Notes: a model not told the origin generated them from the letters alone. A stretch of 63,987 nt of DNA, filler included, from Octopus bimaculoides (GCF_001194135.2; 5 parts of 5 records of this genome joined end to end with filler, not necessarily neighbours in it); one strand, 5' to 3'. Shown: positions 24,919-39,127, numbered from the whole stretch's first letter. Program-made: numbers and translations.

Positions 24919-26407
24919 NNNNNNNNNNNNNNNNNNNNNNNNNNNNNNNNNNNNNNNNNNNNNNNNNNNNNNNNNNNNNNNNNNNNNNNNNNNNNNNNNN
25001 NNNNNNNNNNNNNNNNNNNNNNNNNNNNNNNNNNNNNNNNNNNNNNNNNNNNNNNNNNNNNNNNNNNNNNNNNNNNNNNNNNNNNNNNNNNNNNNNNNNN
25101 NNNNNNNNNNNNNNNNNNNNNNNNNNNNNNNNNNNNNNNNNNNNNNNNNNNNNNNNNNNNNNNNNNNNNNNNNNNNNNNNNNNNNNNNNNNNNNNNNNNN
25201 NNNNNNNNNNNNNNNNNNNNNNNNNNNNNNNNNNNNNNNNNNNNNNNNNNNNNNNNNNNNNNNNNNNNNNNNNNNNNNNNNNNNNNNNNNNNNNNNNNNN
25301 NNNNNNNNNNNNNNNNNNNNNNNNNNNNNNNNNNNNNNNNNNNNNNNNNNNNNNNNNNNNNNNNNNNNNNNNNNNNNNNNNNNNNNNNNNNNNNNNNNNN
25401 NNNNNNNNNNNNNNNNNNNNNNNNNNNNNNNNNNNNNNNNNNNNNNNNNNNNNNNNNNNNNNNNNNNNNTGCGTGTAACGGCCATTATATAAAATGTATT
25501 GTTCTTCTAGACAAACTATGTTGTATCAGTTAATAAATGACTTAAATATTTAATTACTTAAACTTAATTATTGTGTTGAAATTAAATATGACATTTTTTC
25601 GTGTGACATTTTCTTCCTCGACTGAAATCGCTAACATTTTTCTTTTAACGTTTGTTTGCTTGTCTTTTTTCTTCTTGTTTGTTTGTTCTTTTGTTGTTGT
25701 TTTTCTCCTGATACTTTATTTCCAATCATATTTTAGTTTTAAGTCGGTGACCCGTCTGGCGACTGACCCTGTTCATACGAAACCCTGATAGCACGTATTG
25801 TTCATGTATCTTGAAAAGCACTTCTGATAAGGTCCCGTGGTCCTTTTTCCTGAAGCTGATGCGTATAAATGAATTCTCCATTATGTAGAACGACAGCTAA
25901 GAACGATGAGTTGTTTTTTGTTGTTGTTCTTGTTGTGGTAATAATAATGGTGATGGTTATTGTGGTGGTTCTTTTGTTGTTGTTGCTGTAAGTGGAGGTG
26001 GTGGCGATGTCAATAATGATTTTTACCCTTTTTCCCGTTTAATTCAGCATCTTCAGTTTTTCTTTTTTTTTTTTTTTCATTTCTGTACTTTTCAAAATGC
26101 GGCTTTAAACGTTTGTACTTTCCAACCTATCTGTTTAATAATTTAACTGTCAAATCGTCTGCCTCTTCTCAACAGTTACTACTACTATTGTAACGCTACC
26201 TCTTACTATCACTCTAATGGTTATTATGAAATTGGAATTAGTAACAAAGTTACTAATGATCGATTAGGAGAAGAAAAACAAACAAAGATAGATATAAAGG
26301 CAAACCATTTTGCATCCAAGGAAGATAGAAACGTAATAGTGATTAAATAATCCTAAATCTTAATTGCCAATCGTGAAGATTAAAAAATTAACCAAATTTT
26401 CGTTATC

Positions 26408-26727
26408 AACTTGTTGTTGTTGGCACTCAGTCGCTTACGACGTCGAGGGTTCCAGTTGATTCGATCAACGGAACAGCCTGCTCAAGAAATTAACCTGCAA
26501 GTGGCTGAGCACTCCACAGACACGCGTAACCTTAACGTAGTTCTCAGAGAGATTCAGCGTGACAATCAATTGCAGAATTACAGGTACAACTCATTTTCGC
26601 TACCCGTGTGAACTGGAGAAACGTGAGATAAAGGGTCCTGCTCAAAGACTCAACGCACTTCCCGGAATCGAACTCACGACCTTACGATCGTGAGACGCAT
26701 ACCCCTAACCACTAAGCCACGTGTCTT
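26408..26727 (-). mobile_element. Chimeric SINE: family F head and core with family B tail
   Basis: Minus head gtggcttagtggttagggg, core gagcaggacc..aaatgag, then B-type tail ending gagtgccaacaacaa. Confidence 0.8.
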
Positions 26728-27124
26728 GACAAGTACTGTATTTTATCGACCCCAGTGAGATGAAAAGCAACGTTGACCTCGGCGTGATTTGAACGCAGAG
26801 TGTTACTTCTTACATATTTGTTAGCTTCGTTGACCTCACATTTATGCTACACATTTCCGAAATTTAATGCCAATCATGGTTAATGATCAAAGGAAGACCT
26901 TTGAGAATTTATTGACTAAAGTTTGACTGTGAGTGGGGGAAAAATTACATATATCTAATATGGAAATAGTAGCAGCGTGTAGTGTGCTAATGTGCGTATG
27001 TATGTGTACCGTTGTGTGTATGTGCGTGTGTGTTTGTGTGTGTGTTTGTGAGACTGTGTGTGTGTGTGTGACTCTGTGTGTGTGTATGTGTGTGTGTGAC
27101 TCTATGTGTGACTCTGTGTGTGAC

Positions 27125-27155
<31 letters not shown>

Positions 27156-27894
27156 GTGTGTGTCTGTACTATGCTGTGATGTGCTCGATGGAAGATGTAT
27201 GTTGTGTGTGATAGTTGTAGTAGTTGTGGTAGTGGTGGTAGTAGTGGTGGTAGTGGTGATAGTGGTGGTGGTGGTGGGGTGGGGTGGAGATGGAAAGGGG
27301 AAATCAAGATGTATTGCGTATGGTACAATCGGAGATGTGACGGGGAGGCGTTGCAATAACTGCATGTTTTGTTATAACAGTAGTAGTAGGAGGAGGAGGA
27401 GGAGGAGGAGGATTACGATAAACGTCTGTCCCTGATGATGTTATTTCGCTTCGTGGTATAGTGGAGTTATCAAAACCTATGAAACATATTAAAAATATTT
27501 TTGATAAATGTCCGATGCAGCGGATTTCAATTTGAAAAACCTTTGAAATCCCATTGGTTGTCATATCTTTTAGCAAAGATAAACCGTCCTTTATTTCTGT
27601 AAAGCGCTTTTGATTTCTGATGCGTTTCTTTTATACCCAGAAGATTTAATACGCCGTATAAAGCAGTGAAGTTTTAACTGGATGCTTTCTCAAGAAAAGT
27701 CTTCTTAATGCTTGATCTGTAATAACTGAACAAATCTGATGCTATGCGTTGCTAACGAGCGGTCAGCTCATAAGATTTGAGATTTTACATGCGTTCTATA
27801 TTTAGTTGTAAAAACAATCTCGTAGAAACAATGGCAAATTATTGTAAGAGCTTCGGCGACGGCGTCGGCGTCGACGTCGGCGTTAGCGGCCGGC

Positions 27895-29612
27895 AAGGGA
27901 ATGTGTGGGATAAGTGAGACTGAAATGAGCGGAATGAATACGAAAATGGAATTAAGAGAATTTGTTTGAAGGACGTGTAAGGAAATATGTGAGATGAAGG
28001 GGGTGGAAAAAATGGAAAGTGAAGATTTTTAAACAGATGTGAAAGGGAATTTAGGAGAGGAGAAGAAGAAGAAGAAGAAGAAGAAGAAGAAGAAGAAGAA
28101 GAAGAAGAAGAAGAAGAAGAAGAAGAAGAAGAAGAAGAACAAGAAGAAGAACAAGAAGAAGAAGAAGAACAAGAAGAAGAAGAAGAAGAAGAAGAAGAAG
28201 AAGAAGAAGAAGAAGAAGAAAGAGCAGGAGATGCAGTAAATGATGTTACTGGAAGTGCAGGTAAATGAGATGTGACAGGGACGATGATNNNNNNNNNNNN
28301 NNNNNNNNNNNNNNNNNNNNNNNNNNNNNNNNNNNNNNNNNNNNNNNNNNNNNNNNNNNNNNNNNNNNNNNNNNNNNNNNNNNNNNNNNNNNNNNNNNNN
28401 NNNNNNNNNNNNNNNNNNNNNNNNNNNNNNNNNNNNNNNNATGGTGCGTTGGAGGAGCAGAATGGAATGGTGGTAGGTGAGAGGAAACCGGAGATGGGCA
28501 ACAGCGGGGCGGGCGGAGAGAAAGAGCAGAGGCATGGTCCACGGAACGTGCTCTGGTAAGGGCAGTGTAGACTGTGGTGAAGGGATATCCACGAAGGATG
28601 AAGTGGTGAGCCATGAGTTGAGACTGAGTCTCAAAGTCATGGTTGTCACTGCAGAGCCTGTGCAGACGGAGGAATTGGGAGTAGGGGATGGAGAGCTTCG
28701 TGTGGGTAGAGTGAGAGGAGGAGAAGCTGAGGTAGTAGTGTGAGTCGGTGTGTTTGTAGTAGATGGAGGTAGTGAGAGCGGAGTGATGTATACTAACAGA
28801 AATGTCAAGAAATGCGACGGAAGATTTAGAAATAGTGCAGGAGAATTCGAGGGCCGGATGGAAGAATTGGACAAAAGAGAAGAAGGAGTCTAGTCGTTCG
28901 CGGAAGAGTGAGGTCGCACCGATAGTCATCGATATAACGACCGTATAGTTCGGGAGTGGGACCAGTGAATCGTGAGAATATTTGGGTTTCAACGTAGCCA
29001 ACGAACAAGTTCGCATATATGGGACCCTTTCTCTTTCCTATGGCCACTCCCGATTACTGTTATTAAAAAAAAAAACCACGAACGAGAAGCAGTCGAGGGA
29101 GAGAACAAGTTCGGCCAGACGAAAACGTGTGGAGGTGTCAGGCTGGAGGTTGGGTCGAAGGTCCAGAAAATATTTCAATGCAAGAAGTCCTTCGTTGGGT
29201 GAGATCAGCGTATATAGTCTTGATAAAAAGAGTGAAGAGAAGTTTAGAAGAGCCTGAAGGAAAGGAGAAAGAGTTAAAGACACTGAGAGCATGGTTAGTG
29301 TCGTGGATGTGGGAGGAGAATGAAGCCACTAGGAGGGCAACGACACGGTCGAGGTACTTAGAGATTAATTCCGTGGGGCAGTTGCAGGCTGAGACGATGG
29401 GGCGGCCAGAGTTGTTGAACATGTGGGTTTTGGGAGGGAAGGAAGTAAATGGTGTGGGTGCGTGGAGTGTGGACAATGAGGTTGAAGGCGGTGGGGGAGA
29501 CGGGAGGAGGAAATGAGGTCATGGATAGTAGAGGACACAGTCTGTTGGTAGTTAGGCGTGGGCTCGAGGGCAGAGGGCAGAGGACAATGGCAACCACGAC
29601 CGGCTGTACTCA
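27895..29612 (-). mobile_element. Penelope-like element remnant (RT plus start of GIY-YIG; Neptune-like)
   Basis: GRPIVSACNCPTE; GPIYANLFVGYVE..GRYIDD; FLDISV..YYKHTDSHYYLSFSSSH..IPYSQFLRLHRLCSD; FTCTSSNIIYCISC; frameshifted. Confidence 0.9.
28052..28221. repeat. (AAG)n array within the PLE
   Basis: Direct reading. Confidence 0.97.
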
Positions 29613-29984
29613 AGAAAGGGAGATAATCTCAATACTGAATGGGTTCCATTGAAACATGAATGCGTAGGAGATATAAGTACTGTATAAAATAATACAAGGT
29701 GAAAGAGTCTATTCAGGATTAAGTTGAAACCAGTTGAAACCATATTGACATACTGTTGTCAATGACAAAAATGTCAATTCCATTGGCAACTACTTCCAAA
29801 TTGAAGTGTTGTGTACACCACAGTTCTGCACTCTTGTGTTGTGGGCGTGTATACACATTATACATAATACATACATACATACACACATACATACATACAT
29901 ACATATATACATACATATATATATATGTGTGTGTGTGTATATTTATGTGTGTGTGTGCATGTATGTCTATATCAAATGTGCGTG

Positions 29985-30016
<32 letters not shown>

Positions 30017-30521
30017 CATACACACATACATATATATATCAAATGTGCGCGTTTGTATATATGTGTATACATATATATATATATATATATAGGTATATAC
30101 ACACACATGCACACACGCACACGCACACATATGTAGATAGATAGATAGATGCATGCATACATACATACATACATACACATATATGTACACATACATATAT
30201 ATATGTGTGTACATGTGTCTATGCATCTGTGTGTATCTGTATGTGTGTATGAATGCATGTATGTGTACATACACACACGCACACACATATGGACATGTAA
30301 ACAGATATAGATATGTCAATAAACGGTGGTTTTTACATATTCATTTCTTATTTCAATCTTCGTAATTACATTTTCACAATAAATGTAATTAAATTTTTAC
30401 CGTTTCTTCAGTAAAACATCATTTAATGCAGCCGTAATGAATTACTCCTAATTCAAATGGAGTATTTCAGAATAAAATGATTCCCTTCTTTGAGATGTGT
30501 TGTATATTGTGCTTGAGCAAG

Positions 30522-30602
<81 letters not shown>

Positions 30603-30616
30603 ACAGCAGTTGTGGC

Positions 30617-30674
<58 letters not shown>

Positions 30675-30737
30675 TCTGTTATAGTAGCAGCAGTTGTAGT
30701 ATTAGTTGTAGTAGTAGCTATTATAGTAGCAATAGTT

Positions 30738-30806
<69 letters not shown>

Positions 30807-30830
30807 ATTGTAGTATTAGAAGTAGTAGTA
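30522..30830. repeat. (AGT)n/(ACT)n/(AGC)n compound microsatellite
   Basis: Direct reading. Confidence 0.95.
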
Positions 30831-31409
30831 GTGTATGGTGGAATATGTAGGTCGGTAGATTGACAAACAAACAAAAAAACACTGGAAAACGAAGAATGAA
30901 TTAATATCTTGTGGTGTTTATTTATTCATTAATCTATCAGTGTATATCATATTAGATCAACTTTAACCTACTCCTCACAATATTAATTTCATATTTCTTC
31001 CTTTTGTGTTGGATAAAATAATTACTAGTCAAAATTGAGTCAATGAAAACAAAAAAGCTATAAATGAAACAAAAAAATAAAAGACTTCAGGAACAACAAC
31101 ATCTAAAAACGAAATATAAACAGGAAAAGAAAGTGATTAATTTGTTTATTAGCAATTTATCTTATACACATTAAAGCATATATAATTTTGAAAGACTTCT
31201 AAACTGCAGTTTTCGTCTCGAGAATCATATCGATGTTAAAAAGATAGAAATATATCAGCTGAAGACAAAAGTTGTCCAGCAGCAGTACTGCCTTTGATAA
31301 CCCCGGATTTCTGCTTATTGAAGCTTCATCCGTAGCAAGTGTCTACTGATATGGTTACTAGCTTTTGTTTTCTGTATAAGCCGTTAAATAGAAGTTGATA
31401 ATTTTCGTA

Positions 31410-31920
31410 TCATAGTGTGGTTATGATGTTCGATTTGCAACCGCGTGGTCTCGGTTTCAGTCCCACTACGCGGCACCTTGGGCAAGTGTTTTTGCCCTAG
31501 ACCTGAGCCGACCAATGCCTTGTAAGCAAATTTGTCAGACAGAAAGTGTGAGCTGGCAGAAACGTTAGCACGCCGGGCGAAATGCTTAGCGGTATTTCGT
31601 CTTCCGTTACGTTCTGAGTTCAAATTCCGCCTTTCATCGACTTTGCCTTTCATCCTTTCGGGGTCAATTAAATAAGTACCAGTTACGCACTGGGGTCGAT
31701 ATAATCAACTTAATCCGTTTGTCTGTCCTTGTTTGTCCCCTCTGTGTGTAGCCCCTTGTGGGCAGTAAAGANNNNNNNNNNNNNNNNNNNNNNNNNNNNN
31801 NNNNNNNNNNNNNNNTTAATTAATTAANNNNNNNNNNNNNNNNNNNNNNNNNNNNNNNNNNNNNNNNNNNNGGCAGTACCCCAGCATGGCTGCAGTCTAA
31901 TGACTGAAACAAGTAAAAGA
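31410..31920 (+). mobile_element. SINE C with nested SINE A (31548-31771)
   Basis: C head and core, then a SINE A, then the C tail at 31872-31920 after a linker gap. Confidence 0.8.
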
Positions 31921-32699
31921 TTATAATATATATATATATATATATATACAGGTACGTTGATACAAACGGGAAAAATCTCTTTTTCTTTCTCTCATTATTT
32001 CTTTATTTTTCTATGTATTTGCTTATTGAACAACCTAACGGGAAAACTATTTGAATTATCGACGTGACGTTATTTTGATTTTAAAATTTGTTCTAGAACA
32101 ATCCAGAGGGAAATATATTTATCACCAACTATATAAACACACAGGTCTCTGACCTGCAACTAGTTTGATAAGTGCCAACGCATGAAATTCTCGGACCTTG
32201 AGTCACTCTGTTACTTCTGCTAAATATTATTATGTATGTATGTATGTATGTATGTATGCATGTATGTATGTATGCATGTATGTAGAAGGAGTGAGTGAGA
32301 GAAACAGATACGTAGATAGATATACAAAACATCAGAGATTCCCTGAAGACAAGACAACGCAAAGCGAAGTGGTATGGGCGTGTTAGAAAGTCATCAATGA
32401 TTCGACAATTTTTTAAAAGGAATCCTTAACGAAATGCAGTATCGGTGCATGCTTACTATGTAAAACAAGTAAGACTTAATGGCTGTTATTAATATTTTTA
32501 TAAATTCGAAATAGTCTGAAATGTATAAAAGATATAAAACAACTTTTAGAAAGTTAATGGCTGCTATTCCCAAACCTCCTTTGTTGACTGCACTTCAGGA
32601 TAAACATGATTTGGCGACACTAATAGGCCACAACTTTAATATTTCATTGAATTGATAATGCTATTGGGTTACCAAGTTGTAATATCGAACTTGTAAATA

Positions 32700-34612
32700 C
32701 AGTACGAGTGCCCCATTGTACGAGTAATTTTCTGTACGAGCCTGTCCATGAAAGCACGGAAAAATTGCCCCTCTAGTGTACCAACGAGAAGCAATACGAT
32801 TGCGGAGACCATCATCTGCGAGAAAGCACAAGCGCTTTATGAGGATCTCCTGAAACAGAACCCTGGAACATCGACAGAAGAGACATCAGCAGAAGCATTT
32901 AAGGCCAGTCGCGGCTGGTTTGGTAATTTCAAGAAGAGGACTGGTGTTCATACCGTCGTCAGATATGGAGAAGCAGCGAGTTCTAACACGAAGACAGCTG
33001 AAGATTTCGTGCGTGAATTCCGTCAGCTCATCGCAGCTGAGGGGTACATCGCAAAACAGGTATTCAACTGTGATGAAACTGGCATTTCTTGGGGAAAAAA
33101 TGCCCAGAAGAACCTGCGTAACTGCAGAGGAGAAGAAAATGCCAGGCCACAAGCTTATAAAAGATAAGTTAATTCTCGCCCTTTTTGCCAATGCGAGTGG
33201 AGACTTGAAAATTAAGCCGCTCCTTGTCTACCATTCCGAAAACCCACGAGCGTCCAAGTCGCACAAAATCCTGAAGGAGAAGCTGCAGGTCATGTGGAGG
33301 GCAAACGTTAAAGCTTGAATCACCAGGCAATTCTTCTTCGAGTGGGTCAACATTGTCTTCAGNNNNNNNNNNNNNNNNNNNNNNNNNNNNNNNNNNNNNN
33401 NNNNNNNNNNNNNNNNNNNNNNNNNNNNNNNNNNNNNNNNNNNNNNNNNNNNNNNNNNNNNNNNNNNNNNNNNNNNNNNNNNNNNNNNNNNNNNNNNNNN
33501 NNNNNNNNNNNNNNNNNNNNNNNNNNNNNNNNNNNNNNNNNNNNNNNNNNNNNNNNNNNNNNNNNNNNNNNNNNNNNNNNNNNNNNNNNNNNNNNNNNNN
33601 NNNNNNNNNNNNNNNNNNNNNNNNNNNNNNNNNNNNNNNNNNNNNNNNNNNNNNNNNNNNNNNNNNNNNNNNNNNNNNNNNNNNNNNNNNNNNNNNNNNN
33701 NNNNNNNNNNNNNNNNNNNNNNNNNNNNNNNNNNNNNNNNNNNNNNNNNNNNGGAGAACGCTGTATTCTGCATGGAAGAAACTGTGGCCTGACTGCGTAT
33801 CCGAAAAAGTTTTCGAGGGGTTTGAGCCTGAGGCACCTGTAATCGAGGAGATAGTATCTCTTTTGGTAAGTCCATGGGCATCGAGAACACTCAGAGGAGC
33901 TGGCGACAGATGAACCCCTGCAGTTTCAGAAGTAGCAGCATTTGGATGCGGTAGAAGAGATTGGTTCTCCGGAGGAAGACACTGTAGCAGAGAATGCTAT
34001 CTCCACGAATGACATAAAGGCAATGTTGGCAAAGTGCTTCTGAATTTGTAGAAAAATATCATCCTGAAAATGTAGCAACAGGTCGTGCAACTGCTTTATT
34101 TAATGACTTTGCTCTGGCGCATTTTCATACCATTTTGAAAGGCAAGAAAAAGTAGACTTCTCTTGATATGTTTCTAATAAAACGATCTGCAAGTGTAAAA
34201 AGTGAAGAAAGTGTGTCCAAAAAGTCTAAATTAAGCGAAGTAAGAGAGAAAATGCCAGAAATTGTTCTTACTGAAGTCTTAATGGAAGGAGAATCTCCTT
34301 CCAAACAGTGTTCCTCTTCCCCGTTCCATCATCTTCCTCACGCACAAATTGTCCCATATTTAATGTAATTCAGTTAATAAACCAGTTTACATATTTCTTT
34401 TTCATCCTCTTTTTTACAATTGTCATTTTACTTGTAACTACACCTTTTCTGTTTTAAAATCCATAAAAAAGTATTATTGAGTTCTTTTGTGGGATTGGAA
34501 CGGATTAATCATGTCTTAGTTAATTTCAATGGGGAAAATTGATTTGTAAAACGAGTAAATCGTAAGACGAGCTCGGTCATGGAGCGAATTAAAGTGCTGC
34601 GAGGTATCACTG
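32700..34612 (+). mobile_element. Tigger/pogo DNA transposon, internally deleted
   Basis: FKASRGWFGNFKKR (CENP-B HTH), QVFNCDETG (first D), KLILALFANASGDLKIKPLLVYHSENPRA; TA-CAGT..ACTG-TA ends; stops and frameshifts. Confidence 0.92.
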
Positions 34613-34868
34613 TATTTTATTGCTGTTGAAGCAACTACTGCTAATAAACCGACGGAAAGGGAACAGTCGATTACAACGATCATAGTATGTAACTCTTACT
34701 AATTCTCTTAATTCTTGGAACTATGACAGGAAAGCCAAATCCCGTAGGGGTGCGATTATAGCAGGTACAAAACTTGTGTTTACACATGAGAATGTAGACC
34801 ATATGTGTTGGGAATATACTCTCATACACATACGCACACTCATAGATACCCATATACATATATGTATT

Positions 34869-34907
<39 letters not shown>

Positions 34908-34910
<3 letters not shown>

Positions 34911-35456
34911 GAGGAGATACCCAAGACTAACAAGAAAAGTTCTGTGGGACAAATCCGTTGTAATTCGGGCTTCCGCTGCTAGAAATCACTTGATGCGACT
35001 CTCAAGCATCAGTGTGCCGACCGGCATTGTCCAGTGAGATCATACTGCCACGTGGTGCGTCTTTGTTTTGAGGTGCTCCTACTCCTCTGTTCGTCGATTT
35101 TTGCGATGCCTGAAACGAAGGAATAGCGTGCCTCCGTGAAATTCTGTTTTCTGCTGGAGAAAACAGAGGCCGAAACAGTTATGCTTCAAACAACTTACAA
35201 GGCCGCTGCCATGAGCAAAACACAAGTTTGCGAATGGTTTTCACGCTTTAGGGATGGTCACTTGTCGTTTGAGGACCAACTTCATTCAGGACGACCCTCG
35301 ACCTCCCGAAAGAATGAAAATATGAAAATGTCCTAGGGCTCCTGCTAGCGGATTTTGAGTGAGGAATTGCGAATGAAAAGAGTTGCAGCAAAAAGTGTGC
35401 CTCGCTTGCTCATGGAAGATCAAAAGCGGTTACGACTGAATGCGTGTCGTGAACGG
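34908..35456 (+). mobile_element. Mariner (DD34D-type) 5' remnant
   Basis: Inserted in (TA)n; RASVKFCFLL..AMSKTQVCEWFSRFRDG..SGRPSTS and RVAAKSVPRLL..QKRLRL. Confidence 0.88.
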
Positions 35457-36200
35457 AGATTAGCTTTCACCCTGGAAAATCCATCTTCTGACACTCAGGG
35501 TGCCCAAGTTTTTTCTGTAAGATGTCAGTTCAGATTTCCACCCCATCATACTTCTCTTCAGGAAACACGTTACATTACTCACAGTTCCGAACAGATCTAG
35601 GCACTCTATGATCTACGAATGTGGAATCATATAAACTTTGCGACAGTCAATCTAGACCATTACCAGATTTGTTCTCCGTTTACTATTTTGCATTACTATT
35701 TTGTCTATGAATAATTGATCTTTGGTACCTCTGCATCTCCTTCTACAACCTTTTTTCCCGTCGGTAATATATCGTTCCCCTCAAGAAATGTGTACATTTC
35801 TTCTACAATTCTTCCTGATAGTAACTTCTACATTAATGCGAGGCAAGAAATTGGTCTCTAATTGTCAGCGGAATTTCCATTTGATCCATCCTTCAGACAC
35901 AACACAGTTCGTCCTTTTGTCAACCAGCCCAGGATTTCTTCTTCTCCATTAAACAATGCATTAAATTGCCCTGCAATCAATTTATTGCAACTACTGAACT
36001 TTTTTATCCCAAGTTTCTCTACACCATCAGGTCCTGCTGCTTTCCAGTTGCTTTTCTTTTTACTGATATTTCTGATACAGTCTTCTATGAAGTGGATAGC
36101 CTTTTGCTGGGGATAAGAAGCTGTTTGCTTCAGGCTGCTGAACCATTCAGCTGTTGTATTAGGTTGTTCTTGCTCACTCCATATCTTACCCCAGAAGATA
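35457..36200 (-). mobile_element. R4/Dong-type (RLE) non-LTR retrotransposon RT fragment
   Basis: [68 protein letters not shown]. Confidence 0.8.
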
Positions 36201-36217
36201 TTATTATCATTACTATT

Positions 36218-36256
36218 CTTCTTCTTCTTCTTCTTCTTCTTCTTCTTCTTCTTCTT

Positions 36257-36286
<30 letters not shown>
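36218..36286. repeat. (CTT)n microsatellite
   Basis: Direct reading. Confidence 0.97.
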
Positions 36287-36287
<1 letters not shown>

Positions 36288-38734
36288 ATGACGCACTCTT
36301 ACATCAAATGCACTTGTTATTATTGTTGTTGTTGACGTTGTAATTGTTGCTGTGTTTGTTCAGCACCCTATTAATCGTTATTGAACAGAGCTACAAAGAC
36401 ATTTATGCTGTGACCATTCAATGCTTTTTACTGACAAAACATATCTAGGAATATATCGTTTAATGTGTTGGTTGTAGTAAAATACAAGGGGAGATTTGAT
36501 AATTATTGCAGGCAGATCAGACGTCTATGTTTTCTCGCTGGTTGATGGATGTTGAGTTCTTTTATCTTGTACCAATTTGGAAATAGAGTCATCACGAAAT
36601 CTCAGCTACGTTTGAGAATATGATATGCGACACATGCCATATCAATTGTTATTAGGGATTCCATGCTGGTTGCTAATGCCGTTCTTATCACAGAAAACGT
36701 TGCTCACGCTGCGACTGTTGTTCTTCTTGCCTTTATTATCGTTTATTAATTTATTCACATGGATTTGTGTCTCTCATACTCTAGTTAAAAGCCACTCTCT
36801 AAATAAATGTTGTTGCATGGATTGTCAGTCAAACTGGTTGAGAAAGATTTAAGAGATATTTGATTTTCTATTAACACACATCACTTTTCTGTCGGGAAGT
36901 TTTGTCTTATCGAACTTCTGTTGTAATACTCCTTCCATGGTACGAGTCTAAGCAATCCACACTAACACGCAACTCGTCAATCATACAGAATGAATATCGT
37001 CCATTTCTGTATTAAAATATTTTATCCTGAAGGAAGGGTTGATGACGCTAAAATTTTCTTTGCTAAAGCTTTGGTTCTCGTCTTTCAAGAACCATTCATT
37101 GCTCCAACGCAGTGAGGTAGGAGCAATGAGTAGTTGAAGATGACGATGATGTTGCTATCTCTGCTAATCATCGCTCCACAAGTTGCATATGAAATTAATG
37201 TTCTCTAAAAACATAGATAGCCAGTGTTATTTCTACAGATACTGTGTCATTTTCATATTATGTGTGCCGAGCATTGTCTTCGGGAGCCTATTTACGTGAA
37301 CATAATAGCAACAGTTACACTATAACTTTTAAATGTTAACATCGTGCAGATAATCAAAAGATAAAAAAACAAAAACCTGCTATTGACTAGAGCAACAGAT
37401 TTTCTAAGAGCTGGGAAATATGCCAAATTAGGAAGTGAGGTATTCGAGCGGTATTTCTTCTCATTTTTCTCGCTACACATTTTTTTTTTCTTAAATGTTT
37501 GGAAAATTTGGCATTCAAACAGTAGAAAATAATTTTTTTTATNNNNNNNNNNNNNNNNNNNNNNNNNNNNNNNNNNNNNNNNNNNNNNNNNNNNNNNNNN
37601 NNNNNNNNNNNNNNNNNNNNNNNNNNNNNNNNNNNNNNNNNNNNNNNNNNNNNNNNNNNNNNNNNNNNNNNNAAACCAAAATATTTCGAAGAATTTAAGA
37701 AAGATTATTTGAACAGATTAATGAAATTCATTTTATTTTCGTAGGTAAAAACAATGAAGGCGTTTAACGAATATTAACAGATTAACGGATTACCACATGA
37801 ACGCATTAATTTTCTCACCCAATAACACGAACAGTCCACGCAAGAGGCATCCACACAGTGTCCGGCTACTCATTTTGATTAACACGGTTTGGGTCAACCC
37901 AAAGCGTCATCCTATAGATAGCAAATTGGCAAAGTTGTTAGAGCGTAGGAGAAAATTCGATGCAGTATTTATTCTGATACGTTGCATTCTGAGTTCTAAT
38001 CTCGCCGTTTTAGCTTTCACATTTCTTAAGACGATAAAAAAAAGTGGCAGCCCAAAGGCGTTGATTACTGGAATGGTTACCTTGTTCGATGAGATGTCGA
38101 ACAGAATTTTTTCTAGCTCTTTGAATCTGGGTTCAAAACAGACTTACTTCCTCACGTGATTTAATATAACCGCGTAACACTTGGGCACTTGGATGCCCTT
38201 AGCGAGGGATTTGGATCTATTACACTCGCTCGTGTTATTTTCTGGTTTGAGGATAACGTTCCCCTCTTCTATCATGAATCCTGGAGAACTGGAAAAGGTC
38301 GAGGTCACAGTACTTTATGCTAAGTGACAAAACAAGCGGAACTGAACACGGAAGCACTGGAATACAATCGAACTTCTTAACCACTCGGCCATGTCTGCTT
38401 AGAATTAAGAGAATGGATGAAGCTGACGATAATAATGACGACGAAATTGACAATACTGTTAGGTTATACAAATTATAAACGTTGCATATAGCACATTATT
38501 GGAAGTAGATTGTCGACAATCAAACCGTTCGCTTTATCAGACTTGTATCTATTATATTTTTCTCTTTCAATTCATTTGTACGCGTGCGTGTGCGTTTGCG
38601 TGTATGTGTGAATGTATGTGCTCGAGTGTGTATGTGTGTATGTATATGTGTGTTGGTGTGTTTGTGTGTCTGTGCGTTTGTGTGTGTGTGTGTGTGAGTG
38701 TAACATACGAATTTCGAGAATGTACATGCATATA

Positions 38735-38767
<33 letters not shown>

Positions 38768-39071
38768 ATATGTACATGTATGTATATATATGTGTATATG
38801 CACTTGTATGTATAAGCATGTATGTATATATCTATCTATCNNNNNNNNNNNNNNNNNNNNNNNNNNNNNNNNNNNNNNNNNNNNNNNNNNNNNNNNNNNN
38901 NNNNNNNNNNNNNNNNNNNNNNNNNNNNNNNNNNNNNNNNNNNNNNNNNNNNNNNNNNNNNNNNNNNNNNNNNNNNNNNNNNNNNNNNNNNNNNNNNNNN
39001 NNNNNNNNNNNNNNNNNNNNNNNNNNNNNNNNNNNNNNNNNNNNNNNNNNNNNNNNNNNNNNNNNNNNNNN

Positions 39072-39127
<56 letters not shown>

